Positions 19,305 through 29,456 of a stretch of 64,000 nucleotides of DNA are shown one piece after another. The translations under genes and the position numbers were made by a program. Numbering within the stretch: position 1 is the stretch's first letter; each line of letters opens with the position of its first letter. The DNA is from Terriglobia bacterium (GTDB lineage: Bacteria; Acidobacteriota; Terriglobia; JAIQFV01): contig JBGQBO010000007.1 of assembly GCA_041494885.1 (NCBI GenBank), forward strand, positions 68,359-132,358, written 5' to 3'. The notes beneath the pieces are model-generated. The model had not been told where the DNA came from, ran no database searches, and saw only the letters and a program-made list of their open reading frames with translations.

Positions 19305-19814
19305 ATGTCCCTAAAGAGAGTGATTTCAGTCCTGGTCTTAGTTCTGATTGTTGTGGCAGCATTGTCGTTGTATGTCATGGAGAAACGGAGGCTTTCCGCC
19401 GCCATCTGTCGCGCCTGCGGCCGGGAAATTCACAGCGAATGGGCCTTCATGCTCGGGCTCAAGAACGGAAAACAGGAAAGGTTGTGCTGCGCCAAGTGTG
19501 GAATCCTTGAACAATTGCAGATGCAGCCGCAGGTCGCCTCGGCAATAGCAACCGATTATGCCACTGGAAGATCTGTTCAGGCTGAAAAGGCCGTTTACTT
19601 GTGGAACTCCGACCTTGAGCATTGTGCCATGCCCCAAAAGAGGGAATGGGCGGATCCACGACCCATGGACCTTACCTTCGACCGCTGCTTTCCGAGTTTG
19701 GTTGCATTTGAGAGCCGTGATGAGGCCGCAAGGTTTAAGGCCGACCATGGCGGGACGCTTGTTGATTACAGTGAAAGCATTCGACTGGCGAAATCGCTGC
19801 CAGCGAATCCCTGA
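19305..19814 (+). CDS. Membrane-anchored TRASH-domain (CxxC-x21-CxxxC) protein, a putative metal-trafficking protein.
   Basis: 169-aa ORF with an N-terminal TM helix, then CRAC...(21 aa)...CCAKC matching the TRASH/YHS-like zinc-ribbon spacing. The C-terminal tail is ...LVAFESRDEAARFKADHGGTLVDYSE. Confidence 0.5.
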   Translation: MSLKRVISVLVLVLIVVAALSLYVMEKRRLSAAICRACGREIHSEWAFMLGLKNGKQERLCCAKCGILEQLQMQPQVASAIATDYATGRSVQAEKAVYLWNSDLEHCAMPQKREWADPRPMDLTFDRCFPSLVAFESRDEAARFKADHGGTLVDYSESIRLAKSLPANP

Positions 19815-19832
19815 GGAAAAGGAGAAGGAAAG

Positions 19833-20621
19833 ATGTTCTTAAAGCTCATGAAAGAGAACCGGTCCAGTCCGCTGTGCGTTTGCGGCCTGCCACAGGTACT
19901 GGGGTTGCTGACTTTTTTCTTGCTGGCAGCGGATTCTGTTTCGTTCGGCGAAGAGTTCACGCTCAGGGCAAAACACGATCATCTGAAAGGAAGCTGCAGC
20001 GGAGAACTCACCGTCAGCGATAACGGAATTCGCTATCAAACGACCCATCTCCAGGATCAACGCCAATGGGCCTTCGCAGACATTCAGGAGGTACAGATTA
20101 TCAGCGAAAAGAAGCTGAACGTGATTAGTTACGAGGATTCACGAAAACGCCTGGGGGGCGATAAGATATTCAAATTCGAATTGCAGGGAGAAACTCTCCC
20201 CCCCACTCTGATCGCTTTGGTCGAGTCGAAGTTTTCAAAACCCATTTCCAATCGCATGGCTGCCCAGAATCTCAAGGGTCAATTCGAGATTCCTGTGAAG
20301 CATTTGCATCGCGTCGGTGGGTGTCAGGGCAAACTCATCATCACGGAAATTGGCATCTCTTTTGTCAGCGAGAAACCGAGGGAATCCCGGCAGTGGCGCT
20401 ACAGCGATCTTCAGACCGTTGCCTCCACAGAGCGATACGAATTACGGCTGGGAACTTATGAGCACGGACCGCTGCAATATGGCGACACCAAGGAATTTCG
20501 ATTCCAATTGAAAGAGCCATTGAGCGAAGTGGCCTATCGATCCCTGTGGGCTCGAATCAATCAGCTTCCCCCATGGAGACCCGAGGGGAGCGGCAAGTTT
20601 GAAGGAAACAACGAACAGTGA
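19833..20621 (+). CDS. Secreted hypothetical protein made of two tandem homologous domains of about 100 aa each.
   Basis: 262-aa ORF with a signal peptide. Internal repeat: LRAKHDHLKGSCSGELTVSDNGIRYQT...QWAFADIQEV versus IPVKHLHRVGGCQGKLIITEIGISFVSEKPRESRQWRYSDLQTV. Confidence 0.5.
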   Translation: MFLKLMKENRSSPLCVCGLPQVLGLLTFFLLAADSVSFGEEFTLRAKHDHLKGSCSGELTVSDNGIRYQTTHLQDQRQWAFADIQEVQIISEKKLNVISYEDSRKRLGGDKIFKFELQGETLPPTLIALVESKFSKPISNRMAAQNLKGQFEIPVKHLHRVGGCQGKLIITEIGISFVSEKPRESRQWRYSDLQTVASTERYELRLGTYEHGPLQYGDTKEFRFQLKEPLSEVAYRSLWARINQLPPWRPEGSGKFEGNNEQ

Positions 20622-20704
20622 AACAGCGTGAGTGACCAAGGGTCAGTGCTCAGTTGTCCACCCATTGCGGATCACATCAGTGGTTGAGAAGGGCCAGAGA
20701 AACA

Positions 20705-21814
20705 ATGACCTTAATTAAAAAAGCCCAATCCGGAAAAGTCAGGCGCCACGGCGCGGGGTGCAACGTCCTGGGTCTTCTTTTGGAAGCCACAGTGATCTTG
20801 TTGGCCTTTTCTTCATTCCTGCTCGCACAATCGCCAAACAGAGACTCGAATCTTGGACGAATGACCCCGCTGCTTTCCGAAGTCGAAGCAGGAATTAACC
20901 GTGCGGCTCTTGCAGCCCAGGCTCTTCAAAATGCCGTACCGCTGATTGAAGCAGCGCGGTCACAGCTGTCCCGAGGAAAACGGAAGGAGGCTCTAGCCAC
21001 CTTCCAGAAGGCCCAGTCCATGATTCAGGATTCCCCGCAATTCGCCTTGGACGCCGTATTGCTCCGGTCGTTTTCCGCTGATCTCAACCGGATCATCAGC
21101 GCCATCCCCTCCCATCGAGCGGCACCGGATGAGCCCCCCGATGATTCTTTGGTCGTGGACGAATTACAGCGCATGATCCAGCAATACATCGCTTATTACC
21201 AAGGAAAAGGCCGAGCTCAAATGGTCGCATCCTGGCAACGAATGAAGAATTACCAGCCCACTGTGGAATCAGTCCTGCATGAAAAAAATCTTCCCACAGA
21301 ATTGATGTACCTTGGCATTGTCGAGAGCGGGTTCAACCGGTTCGCACGATCAAAGAAGCAGGCGCGAGGGATTTGGCAGTTTGTTCCCGCAACGGCCAGG
21401 CGTTATGGGCTGGAACAAAGCGGAGGCTATGACGAGCGCACGGACCCTCTCAAATCGACGGTAGCAGCCGCCGAGTACCTGGAAGACCTCTACGCCTCTT
21501 TTGGGGACTGGTATCTTGCGTTGGCGGCTTACAACGCCGGAGAAGGTCGTATTCAGTCCATCATTTCCCGCACCGGCATCCGCGACTTTTGGCAAATGAG
21601 CCGGTTGAAGCTGTTACCGCAGGAAACTATCAATTACGTTCCTGCCGTCCTGGCGACTGTCGCCATTGCCCGCGATCCGGAGAAATTCGGGTTCGTGGGG
21701 TCTTCTCCCCTATTAAGCTTAGGAACCAGCATGAAAAAGCACGCCCCTAATTTCATTTTTGCCAAGGCCTCCTTCACACAATCGGAGGCACCGGAGGACG
21801 ATGACATACAGTGA
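20705..21814 (+). CDS. Lytic transglycosylase (SLT domain) with an N-terminal signal/anchor region.
   Basis: SLT catalytic region [34 protein letters not shown] and AYNAGEGR. The ORF could start at 20654 or 20705. Confidence 0.8.
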   Translation: MTLIKKAQSGKVRRHGAGCNVLGLLLEATVILLAFSSFLLAQSPNRDSNLGRMTPLLSEVEAGINRAALAAQALQNAVPLIEAARSQLSRGKRKEALATFQKAQSMIQDSPQFALDAVLLRSFSADLNRIISAIPSHRAAPDEPPDDSLVVDELQRMIQQYIAYYQGKGRAQMVASWQRMKNYQPTVESVLHEKNLPTELMYLGIVESGFNRFARSKKQARGIWQFVPATARRYGLEQSGGYDERTDPLKSTVAAAEYLEDLYASFGDWYLALAAYNAGEGRIQSIISRTGIRDFWQMSRLKLLPQETINYVPAVLATVAIARDPEKFGFVGSSPLLSLGTSMKKHAPNFIFAKASFTQSEAPEDDDIQ

Positions 21815-21908
21815 AGCGGCGCTGGACTCCCTACCCCACATCATCCGTGATCAACAAATCCGTGAGTCTCATTTGACCGATCAAAATCACTAGAATGCAG
21901 AGTATTAT

Positions 21909-24599
21909 ATGAGGGAAACATCGAATTCAAGCGGAAGAGGACCAGTGGCCATTGATGTGATTTGCCATATGACCGTGGACGAGCAGCACGCGGCCGGACA
22001 GTCGATCTACAACGGTAAGAATTACTATTTCTGTTCGCTCGGATGCAAACAGCGATTTGATGCTTCTCCTGAAAATTATGTAGTTGCCTCGATCGGAGCC
22101 GGGCCGTTACTCGTTGGGATTGATACAAGCGGGATTCCTGCACCCTCCTCTACGACTGGAGAATTCGTCACGGATCCCATTTGTGGAATGAACGTAAATC
22201 CCAGCACCGCAGCCGGATCATATGTTTACGAGGGCCAGACCTACTACTTTTGCAGTTCCCTCTGCTTGGAGAAATTTCGTTCGGAACCTCTTAAGTATTT
22301 AAAAGGATCGGCCGAAGGTCGTGTTACAGGTAAGCCTTCACTGTTGACTCCGGCTGTGCCCGGCGCTACGGGACGCGAATACGTCTGTCCCATGGATCCG
22401 GAAATCAAGAAGGAAGGTCCGGGTGCCTGTCCAAAGTGCGGAATGGCGTTGGAGCCGAGGGTGGTCTCCGCATCGACAATAAGGACGGAGTATGTGTGCC
22501 CCATGCATCCGGAGGTCGTCCGGACGGAACCCGGCGCGTGCCCCATTTGTGGTATGGCCCTGGAGCGCCGAACGGTGTCTGCTGAAGACGAGGTCAATCC
22601 GGAACTTGTGGAGATGAAGCGGAGGTTCTGGGTCGGCCTTTTGCTCACAGCCCCGACTCTTCTTCTGGCGATGTCGGACATGATCCCGGGGCAACCGTTG
22701 AAACATGTCATGGGGCCGCGTCCGATGACCTGGGCGCAACTCGTGTTGGCCACACCCGTCGTTTTGTGGGGCGGGTGGCCATTCTTCCAGCGCGGATGGG
22801 CTTCGCTTGTGAATCGCAGCCTGAACATGTTCACTTTAATCGCAATAGGTACCGGTACTGCTTATGCCTACAGTATAGTGGCGACTCTCGCGCCCGAGAT
22901 CTTTCCGAATTCATTCAGGGATCACCATGGCGAGGTGGCCGTTTACTTTGAAGCGGCGGCGGCTATTACGACCCTGGTCTTGTTGGGACAGGTGCTTGAA
23001 CTGAAGGCGCGCAGTAAAACCAGTAGTGCAATCAAGGCGCTCCTTGGCCTCGCACCGAAGACCGCGCGCCTCTTTGCAGAGGATGGCTCCGAGCACGATT
23101 TGCCCTTGGATCAAGTCAAACCGGGCGACCGGTTACGGGTCCGGCCAGGTGAAAGGGTCCCCGTGGATGGAATTGTTCTTGAAGGCCTTAGTTCCATCGA
23201 CGAATCCATGGTGACCGGGGAGCCCATTCCCGTGGAAAAAACCCCGGGGAACCGTGTCACGGGCGGAACGGTCAATGGGACAGGGAGCCTGATCATGCGA
23301 GCAGAACGGGTGGGCAGCGAAACGCTACTGGCACAGATCGTGCGCATGGTGGGTGAAGCACAGAGAAGCCGTGCACCCATCCAGCGCCTGGCGGATGTCG
23401 TCTCTTCGTACTTTGTCCCCGCCGTCGTGTTGATCGCGGTGGCCACGTTTATCATCTGGAGCCGTGTCGGTCCTGAACCGCGAATGGCCTACGCCCTGGT
23501 CAACGCCGTGGCGGTGTTGATCATCGCCTGTCCCTGCGCTCTTGGACTGGCCACCCCGATGTCGATTATGGTGGGAACAGGTCGCGGGGCCACCGCAGGA
23601 GTGCTGATCAAAAACGCGGAAGCCCTGGAGGTCATGGAGAAGGTCAACACCCTTGTGGTGGACAAGACGGGCACCCTCACTGAAGGCAAGCCGGTACTGA
23701 CCTCCGTGGTGGCTCTGCCGCCTTGGAACGAGTCGGAATTGCTTCAAATAGCAGCAAGCCTGGAACGCGAGAGCGAACATCCCCTGGCGGCAGCCATTGT
23801 GGCCGGCACTCAACAGCGGCGGCTGGGTCTCTACAACGCTACAGAATTCAAGTCCCTCACGGGAAAAGGAGTTAGAGGAAAAGTCAATGATCACGAGGTC
23901 GTTCTCGGCAGTCGCCAGTTTCTCGAAGAATTGAACATCCCTGCGGGCTCCCTGGCCGAGCGAGCCGAGGCGCTCCGACGAGAGGGCGAAACGCTCCTCT
24001 TCGCTGCTGTGGATGGCCGCTCCGCCGGTCTGCTCGGAGTCGTGGACCCCATCAAGTCGTCGACGCTCGAGGCCATAAGAACGCTCCACCGCGAAGGCAT
24101 TCAAATTCTCATGGTCACAGGAGACAGTCGTACGACTGCAGAAGCCATTGCGCGCAAGTTAGGGATCGATGAAGTGGTAGCGGAGGTTCTACCGCAACAG
24201 AAAGGAGAGGTCATCAAGCGCCTCCAAAAGGAAGGCCGCGTGGTGGCCATGGCCGGCGATGGAATCAACGATGCGCCGGCGCTCGCACAAGCTCACGTGG
24301 GCATCGCCATGGGCAACGGGACGGATGTGGCGATTGAAAGCGCGGGCATCACCCTGGTCAAAGGCGACCTGCGTGGAATCGTTCGGGCCCGGAAGTTGAG
24401 TCGGGCAACGATGCGTAATATCCGGCAAAACCTGTTGTTTGCCTTTCTCTATAACTCCATCGGTGTGCCTGTCGCGGCGGGCGTGCTTTATCCGTTCTTT
24501 GGATTGTTACTTAGTCCGATGCTTGCCAGCGCCGCAATGACCTTCAGTTCTGTCTCGGTTATCACAAACGCTTTGCGGCTGCGCAAAGTACAGTTGTAG
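21909..24599 (+). CDS. copA: Heavy-metal (Cu+-type) translocating P1B-type ATPase with an unusual N-terminus of 2 TRASH/YHS-like modules plus 2 CusB-type HMBD modules.
   Basis: 896-aa [11 protein letters not shown]...[12 protein letters not shown] and ICGMNVNP...[12 protein letters not shown] are the TRASH/YHS-like modules. [27 protein letters not shown] and [26 protein letters not shown] are the HMBD modules. Other motifs are TGE, CPC ([11 protein letters not shown]), [15 protein letters not shown]. Confidence 0.9.
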   Translation: MRETSNSSGRGPVAIDVICHMTVDEQHAAGQSIYNGKNYYFCSLGCKQRFDASPENYVVASIGAGPLLVGIDTSGIPAPSSTTGEFVTDPICGMNVNPSTAAGSYVYEGQTYYFCSSLCLEKFRSEPLKYLKGSAEGRVTGKPSLLTPAVPGATGREYVCPMDPEIKKEGPGACPKCGMALEPRVVSASTIRTEYVCPMHPEVVRTEPGACPICGMALERRTVSAEDEVNPELVEMKRRFWVGLLLTAPTLLLAMSDMIPGQPLKHVMGPRPMTWAQLVLATPVVLWGGWPFFQRGWASLVNRSLNMFTLIAIGTGTAYAYSIVATLAPEIFPNSFRDHHGEVAVYFEAAAAITTLVLLGQVLELKARSKTSSAIKALLGLAPKTARLFAEDGSEHDLPLDQVKPGDRLRVRPGERVPVDGIVLEGLSSIDESMVTGEPIPVEKTPGNRVTGGTVNGTGSLIMRAERVGSETLLAQIVRMVGEAQRSRAPIQRLADVVSSYFVPAVVLIAVATFIIWSRVGPEPRMAYALVNAVAVLIIACPCALGLATPMSIMVGTGRGATAGVLIKNAEALEVMEKVNTLVVDKTGTLTEGKPVLTSVVALPPWNESELLQIAASLERESEHPLAAAIVAGTQQRRLGLYNATEFKSLTGKGVRGKVNDHEVVLGSRQFLEELNIPAGSLAERAEALRREGETLLFAAVDGRSAGLLGVVDPIKSSTLEAIRTLHREGIQILMVTGDSRTTAEAIARKLGIDEVVAEVLPQQKGEVIKRLQKEGRVVAMAGDGINDAPALAQAHVGIAMGNGTDVAIESAGITLVKGDLRGIVRARKLSRATMRNIRQNLLFAFLYNSIGVPVAAGVLYPFFGLLLSPMLASAAMTFSSVSVITNALRLRKVQL

Positions 24600-24766
24600 C
24601 AAAAGACGATCAGTCCCTACCATGTCTGCAGCCTTCAAGAATGCGGGTTCAAGAGGTTCGCCCCTGCTCAAAGCACGCCTTTTTCTTTAGAAAGGAAGGC
24701 GAGTTGGAACTCCTTATGGATTTCCACTCGCCCAAATGACCTGCTCTATCCTTCAATCCCAACCCG

Positions 24767-25216
24767 TCATGGTTTTTCGACGATATCGCTCTTCATGGGA
24801 CCCAGCAGGCCCAGCAGTTCATTTTTTTCCTTCTCGGGCACCTTGAACTTGTCGAGCGCCCCTACCAAATCCTCGACGAGGGCGCCGAAGTCAGCGGTGG
24901 ACACCCCCATCCCGGCATGAGCTGTTTTCATATCTTTTCCCGTGTATTTGCAGGGCCCGCCAGCTGCTGAGCAAATTTGATCGACTAGCTCCATCTTGAG
25001 ATGGGCGATGTCCGTGTGTCCAAAAAAAGAGTTGATGCGGTTGTCCGCAGCCACCCGCCCCACAAACTCGTCCACCACTGCAGTGATTGCCGGTTTACCG
25101 CCGAGTCGGTCGTACAAAGATTTCCCCTTCATCGCTTCTTTGGGTGCGGCCGACAGGATTGTCACCATCCCCATTACCAACATCGTCATTACCCATTTCT
25201 TTAAAACCCCTTGCAT
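24767..25216 (-). CDS. glbN: Truncated hemoglobin (group I trHb/GlbN family) with a predicted N-terminal signal peptide.
   Basis: ATG at 25216 is preceded by a perfect [42 protein letters not shown] is the trHb signature. The N-terminus is [25 protein letters not shown]. Confidence 0.8.
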   Translation of the reverse strand: MQGVLKKWVMTMLVMGMVTILSAAPKEAMKGKSLYDRLGGKPAITAVVDEFVGRVAADNRINSFFGHTDIAHLKMELVDQICSAAGGPCKYTGKDMKTAHAGMGVSTADFGALVEDLVGALDKFKVPEKEKNELLGLLGPMKSDIVEKP

Positions 25217-25777
25217 AATCAATCTCCTTGTTTTTAGATGTGTGTTGCCGTCTGACCTCAAAACTCCCCACGCCATTCGACACTTTTCCTCAGCATCGAA
25301 GGGCCTCCTTTTGCCCATGCCGTCGCCGTCTCCGACTTGAGACGCCTTTCTTTGGCAGCGGATTTCGGTCTTCACACACTATTACGAAGGACACTCGCTT
25401 TCGGATTTGATCTCTGCAAGAAAATTAGAGGTGCACGAGGGCACGCGGGGATTACAGGGATCAAATTGAAGGAGATTTTGATTTTCTGAGAATCAATCTT
25501 CGACCTTCTGCCCTCTGGACAAGGATTCTGTGGGATCCAAGCGCAAACGAGCGTGCACTGTGTGGCAAGCTGCTGGGGCGAAATTCGATTGTGTGCCTGT
25601 TGCGCTTTTCCGTGGCCAGTTGTTAGAACAATGTTCCTGGCGATAAAACTTACGGCGCACAATTGCATTCCCGCGGAATCTGCATTAGAATGATATTTAT
25701 TTCATCACACCTCAAATGCCAACAAGGCGAAGGAAGATTTCTCCGAATCCTTGTGTGCTGACCCAAAGGGAGTTGCT

Positions 25778-26866
25778 ATGGAAGACCAGAGTGTCCAAGT
25801 CAGTGAATCCACGGTGCTCAATGCCCTAAAATCGATCAAAGATCCTGACCTACACCGCGACATTGTCAGCCTTGGCTTTGTTCAGGAAGTTAAGATTTGC
25901 GGTGGACAGGTGGCGTTCAAGATTGTGCTCACGACGCCTGCCTGCCCGGTTCGCGACAAGATGCGGGATGAGGCGAAGGCCGTGGTTTCAGCCCTCCCGG
26001 GAGTGACGCAGGTGAATGTTACAATGGATGCCAAGGTGGTGGCCACTCAAGGCATTCCCGAAAAACAAGCGATTCCCGGCATCCGCAATATTCTTGTAGT
26101 GGGCAGCGGCAAAGGTGGCGTTGGAAAATCCACAGTCGCCGCCAATCTTGCCATCTCGCTGGCTCAGATGGGGGCCCGCGTGGGTTTGATGGATGGGGAT
26201 ATCTATGGCCCCAACATTCCCTTGATGCTGGGAATCACCGAACAGCCCATCGTTCAGAACGAGCGCGTCGTCCCCGTCATCAAGCACGGCCTGAAAGTCA
26301 TTTCCATGGGGTTCTTCAACCGGGGCGATACGCCGGTCATCTGGCGCGGACCCATGCTCCACAGCGCAATTCAGCAGTTTTTGAAACAGGTGAGTTGGGG
26401 AGAACTCGATTATCTCATGGTGGATTTGCCGCCGGGAACCGGCGACGTTCAATTGACGATGGTGCAGTCGGTGCCCTTGACAGGCGCAGTCGTCGTCTCC
26501 ACTCCGCAGGACGTGGCGCTGCAGGACGCCCGTAAAGCAATTATGATGTTCAAGCAGATGAAGGTGGACATCCTGGGAGTGGTGGAGAATATGAGCTACT
26601 TCCTCTGTCCACAGTGCCACCACCGGAGTGACATTTTTTCGCACGGAGGAGCCAGGAAGGCGAGCGAGAAATTTGAAGTGCCGTTCCTGGGTGAAATCCC
26701 TCTGGACGTCTCCATTCGCGAGGGCGGGGATACCGGATTGCCCATCACCATCTCCCAACCCGACTCCGACCTTTCAAAAGTGTTTACCCGGGTCGCCGAG
26801 CAGCTCGCCGCCCAGATCAGCATATCGAATTTCAAACAACCCGGGGTCCCCGCCGTGGTTATGTGA
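25778..26866 (+). CDS. apbC: Mrp/NBP35-family Fe-S cluster carrier ATPase (ApbC) with an N-terminal DUF59/MIP18 domain.
   Basis: Walker A VVGSGKGGVGKST and C-terminal CPQCHH motif. RBS aaagggag lies before the ATG at 25778. Confidence 0.85.
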   Translation: MEDQSVQVSESTVLNALKSIKDPDLHRDIVSLGFVQEVKICGGQVAFKIVLTTPACPVRDKMRDEAKAVVSALPGVTQVNVTMDAKVVATQGIPEKQAIPGIRNILVVGSGKGGVGKSTVAANLAISLAQMGARVGLMDGDIYGPNIPLMLGITEQPIVQNERVVPVIKHGLKVISMGFFNRGDTPVIWRGPMLHSAIQQFLKQVSWGELDYLMVDLPPGTGDVQLTMVQSVPLTGAVVVSTPQDVALQDARKAIMMFKQMKVDILGVVENMSYFLCPQCHHRSDIFSHGGARKASEKFEVPFLGEIPLDVSIREGGDTGLPITISQPDSDLSKVFTRVAEQLAAQISISNFKQPGVPAVVM

Positions 26867-27266
26867 CAACTTCTGTCTTCCATTTTCAGGGGGTGAACTT
26901 CCGTTCACTCCCTTTTGATTTTCCGGAAGAGTCCAAAACAGGGAAGATTAAGAGGGAGGTGATTTGGACGCCCGAGGGTCCGGCCTCAAGATGCAGGGAA
27001 GTTTTCTCCCAGCCTCTGGAAAATTAACTCCGCCCAGTACAAACTGACAAATAGTCAGAAGAATCCCTGTGAGCGCTGGAGCAAATAGCGCCTTGCGCCC
27101 CCCTTCCGGAAGCGTCCGCTCCGCCTTTCGCAGATCCTTACCAGCCGAATGAATGGCAAGTTTGCCGGTTTATTCCGCAATCCGAAATCCGCAATCCCCA
27201 ATGAAAGAGTACCTCGCACGAAACCATCGGATCGGGTTGTTCTCCGAAAATTCAATCAACTCATCC

Positions 27267-28340
27267 TTAATTGAGAACCTTCAGTCGAAAGAATCCCAGG
27301 AAAAACCGGTTTGACTCAACGGGCCGAAGTCGCGGATCCGGATCCTGCTCGAGTGTGGCCAACCGGATCTCTTTCACCCCTGCCGGCTCGGCCGAGGTGT
27401 TCTCACGGTAATAAACCACGGTACTGGACTCACCCGAAACGCTGTTGGAGGCATCCTGCAAAAGGATCATGACAAGATATGGAGAGCTGCGGACCCAAGG
27501 GGTTGAAAAGAAAATCAGATCTCCTCTCTGCACTTGTGCCCGGGCTCTACCGATGAAGGTCACGTTAAACTGCTTCAGTGTGGCTACATCGACGTATTCA
27601 GAGAACACTCCTCCCGTGAGGTCCGTGGGCAGGTAGGCGCCCTCTCGTGTTCTGAAGATCTTCTCTCCCAGAGGAGTCGTCGGAAAATTATACTTCTCAA
27701 CAGACGGCACCGGACCCGGCCCGCCAAACCGCTTCTGCCATGTCTCTGAATGCCTTCTCAGGGCTTCCCGAAGCGCAAAGCAAACCAGCCCGGCCCCATC
27801 ATGATGTGCCGGCGGCCAATCCGGGCTTTCCTGAACGGACTGGAAGCCGGCGACTAATGCAAAGGCCCGGCGAAAATTCTCCCGGTCTGTGAACGAGGTC
27901 AGCTTGAAGGCGTCCGGAAACCCATCCTGCTTGGAATCGGTGTTGACGGTGTGAGTGAACACCCGCACCTGAGCCGCCGCTGCGTTATGCACCTTGAAGC
28001 GGATCACCCCCTCTCCTTCGGCTGCCCTGGACTTCACAAAGTAAGAGGTCCCCCGGTCGCCCAGTCGAACCTCCCCCGAGGGAAACAGATTGACGAACTC
28101 GATTCCTTGAACAATTTGGACAAAGATCCTGGGGTGAGGGAATAAGACTCTACGCGTGAACGGCATCTGCACTTGCACACGGACGGGGATCCGTGAGACG
28201 CCATCCGCCGGAAGGTCGATCTGAGAGGGTTCCACGACGAGGTTCGCCGGAAGAACAAAGGAAATGCCGAGAATCCCAACCAGAATCAGATAAATGCTGA
28301 CAAAGAGTTTCTTCCTCAAGGAGACTCGGGGAGAGGCCAT
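27267..28340 (-). CDS. N-terminally anchored secreted hypothetical protein (possibly DUF1175-like).
   Basis: Single N-terminal TM/signal (LFVSIYLILVGILGISFVL) followed by a soluble domain. It sits downstream of tgpA in the same orientation. The start is uncertain (28340 ATG or 28358 GTG). Confidence 0.4.
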   Translation of the reverse strand: MASPRVSLRKKLFVSIYLILVGILGISFVLPANLVVEPSQIDLPADGVSRIPVRVQVQMPFTRRVLFPHPRIFVQIVQGIEFVNLFPSGEVRLGDRGTSYFVKSRAAEGEGVIRFKVHNAAAAQVRVFTHTVNTDSKQDGFPDAFKLTSFTDRENFRRAFALVAGFQSVQESPDWPPAHHDGAGLVCFALREALRRHSETWQKRFGGPGPVPSVEKYNFPTTPLGEKIFRTREGAYLPTDLTGGVFSEYVDVATLKQFNVTFIGRARAQVQRGDLIFFSTPWVRSSPYLVMILLQDASNSVSGESSTVVYYRENTSAEPAGVKEIRLATLEQDPDPRLRPVESNRFFLGFFRLKVLN

Positions 28341-28433
28341 GGATGAAGAATGAGTCACTCGGGGGACAAATGAAATCTCAGCAGGCGCCCAATTCCACAG
28401 CGAGTAAAGCCTGTCATTCGTCCCTTCTGGAGG

Positions 28434-29387
28434 TCACATCTCGGAATCAACCAAGGAGGATTGCATCAGGGACGCCTCCTTAACCTGCGATTTTCCAAAC
28501 CGGAAGTTCACAAACTCAAACATCACAAAACACTCTACGCAAAACGGCGGAAATCCAAGAAATCCCGCCACCGGCATTTCAAAAATCTTGAAGCTTTGCA
28601 TGATCGGGAAGACGTATTTCCAGCGCGCGACCGCCCAGAAGTTCCAGAACTCCCAAAGAAAACCGCAGAACAGCCCTGCCAGCAGCATGCAGTAAATCTC
28701 CTGCCGGTGGCCACTCAGCCATTCCCGCCAGAGCGAGCGCTTGCCCAACCAATAATTGATGGGATCCAGCGCGAAGATCATGCCCAGCCAGACCGAGCCA
28801 AAAAGATAAGACGCCCTCGGTTGGGAAACCATCAGAGGAAAAACCAACATGACCAACCCAATCAATAGACTGCTCACCAGGAGACGTTTTGAGGGAAGGG
28901 CCGTATGACCCTCCTGGGAGGATTCGAAGATCTTTAGTGCGCTCAATAAATCGGTTGTTTCAAACAACGCCGGCCAGATGGTTGCGAAGGCCCACGCGTA
29001 CCCCACGTACCTCAGGAAAGCATCCTGTGGAAGATTGAGGTAAGCCCAGTTCCTCAGGTGAAGATTGTAGGCTTCAAACACAAGCCAAAGCGGGATCGAC
29101 CACAGGGCCAACTTCAAAAAATTCCCCAGGGAGTCATGAAGGCGTGACCGTGACGTCAACCGGTACACCGCTGCATCCGCGACCAGGATGTAACCCGACC
29201 ATACCAGGGGCGTGAAGTAATGGATGACGAAGTAGACCTTCATCCAAAGCAGTGTCTCCGAAGCAAGGATAATGACTAGCCCAATAAATCCATAGAGTGG
29301 CCAAGGCCGCCTCTCTTCACTTCGTCGAACACGGATGGCGAACCACCCGATCATCATCAGGAGCATCAAAATCCCCGTCCAAGCCAT
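28434..29387 (-). CDS. Polytopic integral membrane protein with an internal two-fold repeat (hypothetical).
   Basis: ATG at 29387 with GGAGG RBS. There are two homologous halves (..WLVFEAYNLHLRNWAYLNLP.. / ..WEFWNFWAVARWKYVFP..). It is 19 bp downstream of tgpA. Confidence 0.5.
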   Translation of the reverse strand: MAWTGILMLLMMIGWFAIRVRRSEERRPWPLYGFIGLVIILASETLLWMKVYFVIHYFTPLVWSGYILVADAAVYRLTSRSRLHDSLGNFLKLALWSIPLWLVFEAYNLHLRNWAYLNLPQDAFLRYVGYAWAFATIWPALFETTDLLSALKIFESSQEGHTALPSKRLLVSSLLIGLVMLVFPLMVSQPRASYLFGSVWLGMIFALDPINYWLGKRSLWREWLSGHRQEIYCMLLAGLFCGFLWEFWNFWAVARWKYVFPIMQSFKIFEMPVAGFLGFPPFCVECFVMFEFVNFRFGKSQVKEASLMQSSLVDSEM

Positions 29388-29456
29388 GAAACCTCCAAGA
29401 TTCGGTTTAAAAAAGAACAGACCGGGTGATTGTACCAATTTTTCCGGCCTTATCGC

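Noticed and set aside
22244-24104. Several 130-260-aa minus-strand ORFs
   Set aside because: All are antisense to the copA P-type ATPase gene.
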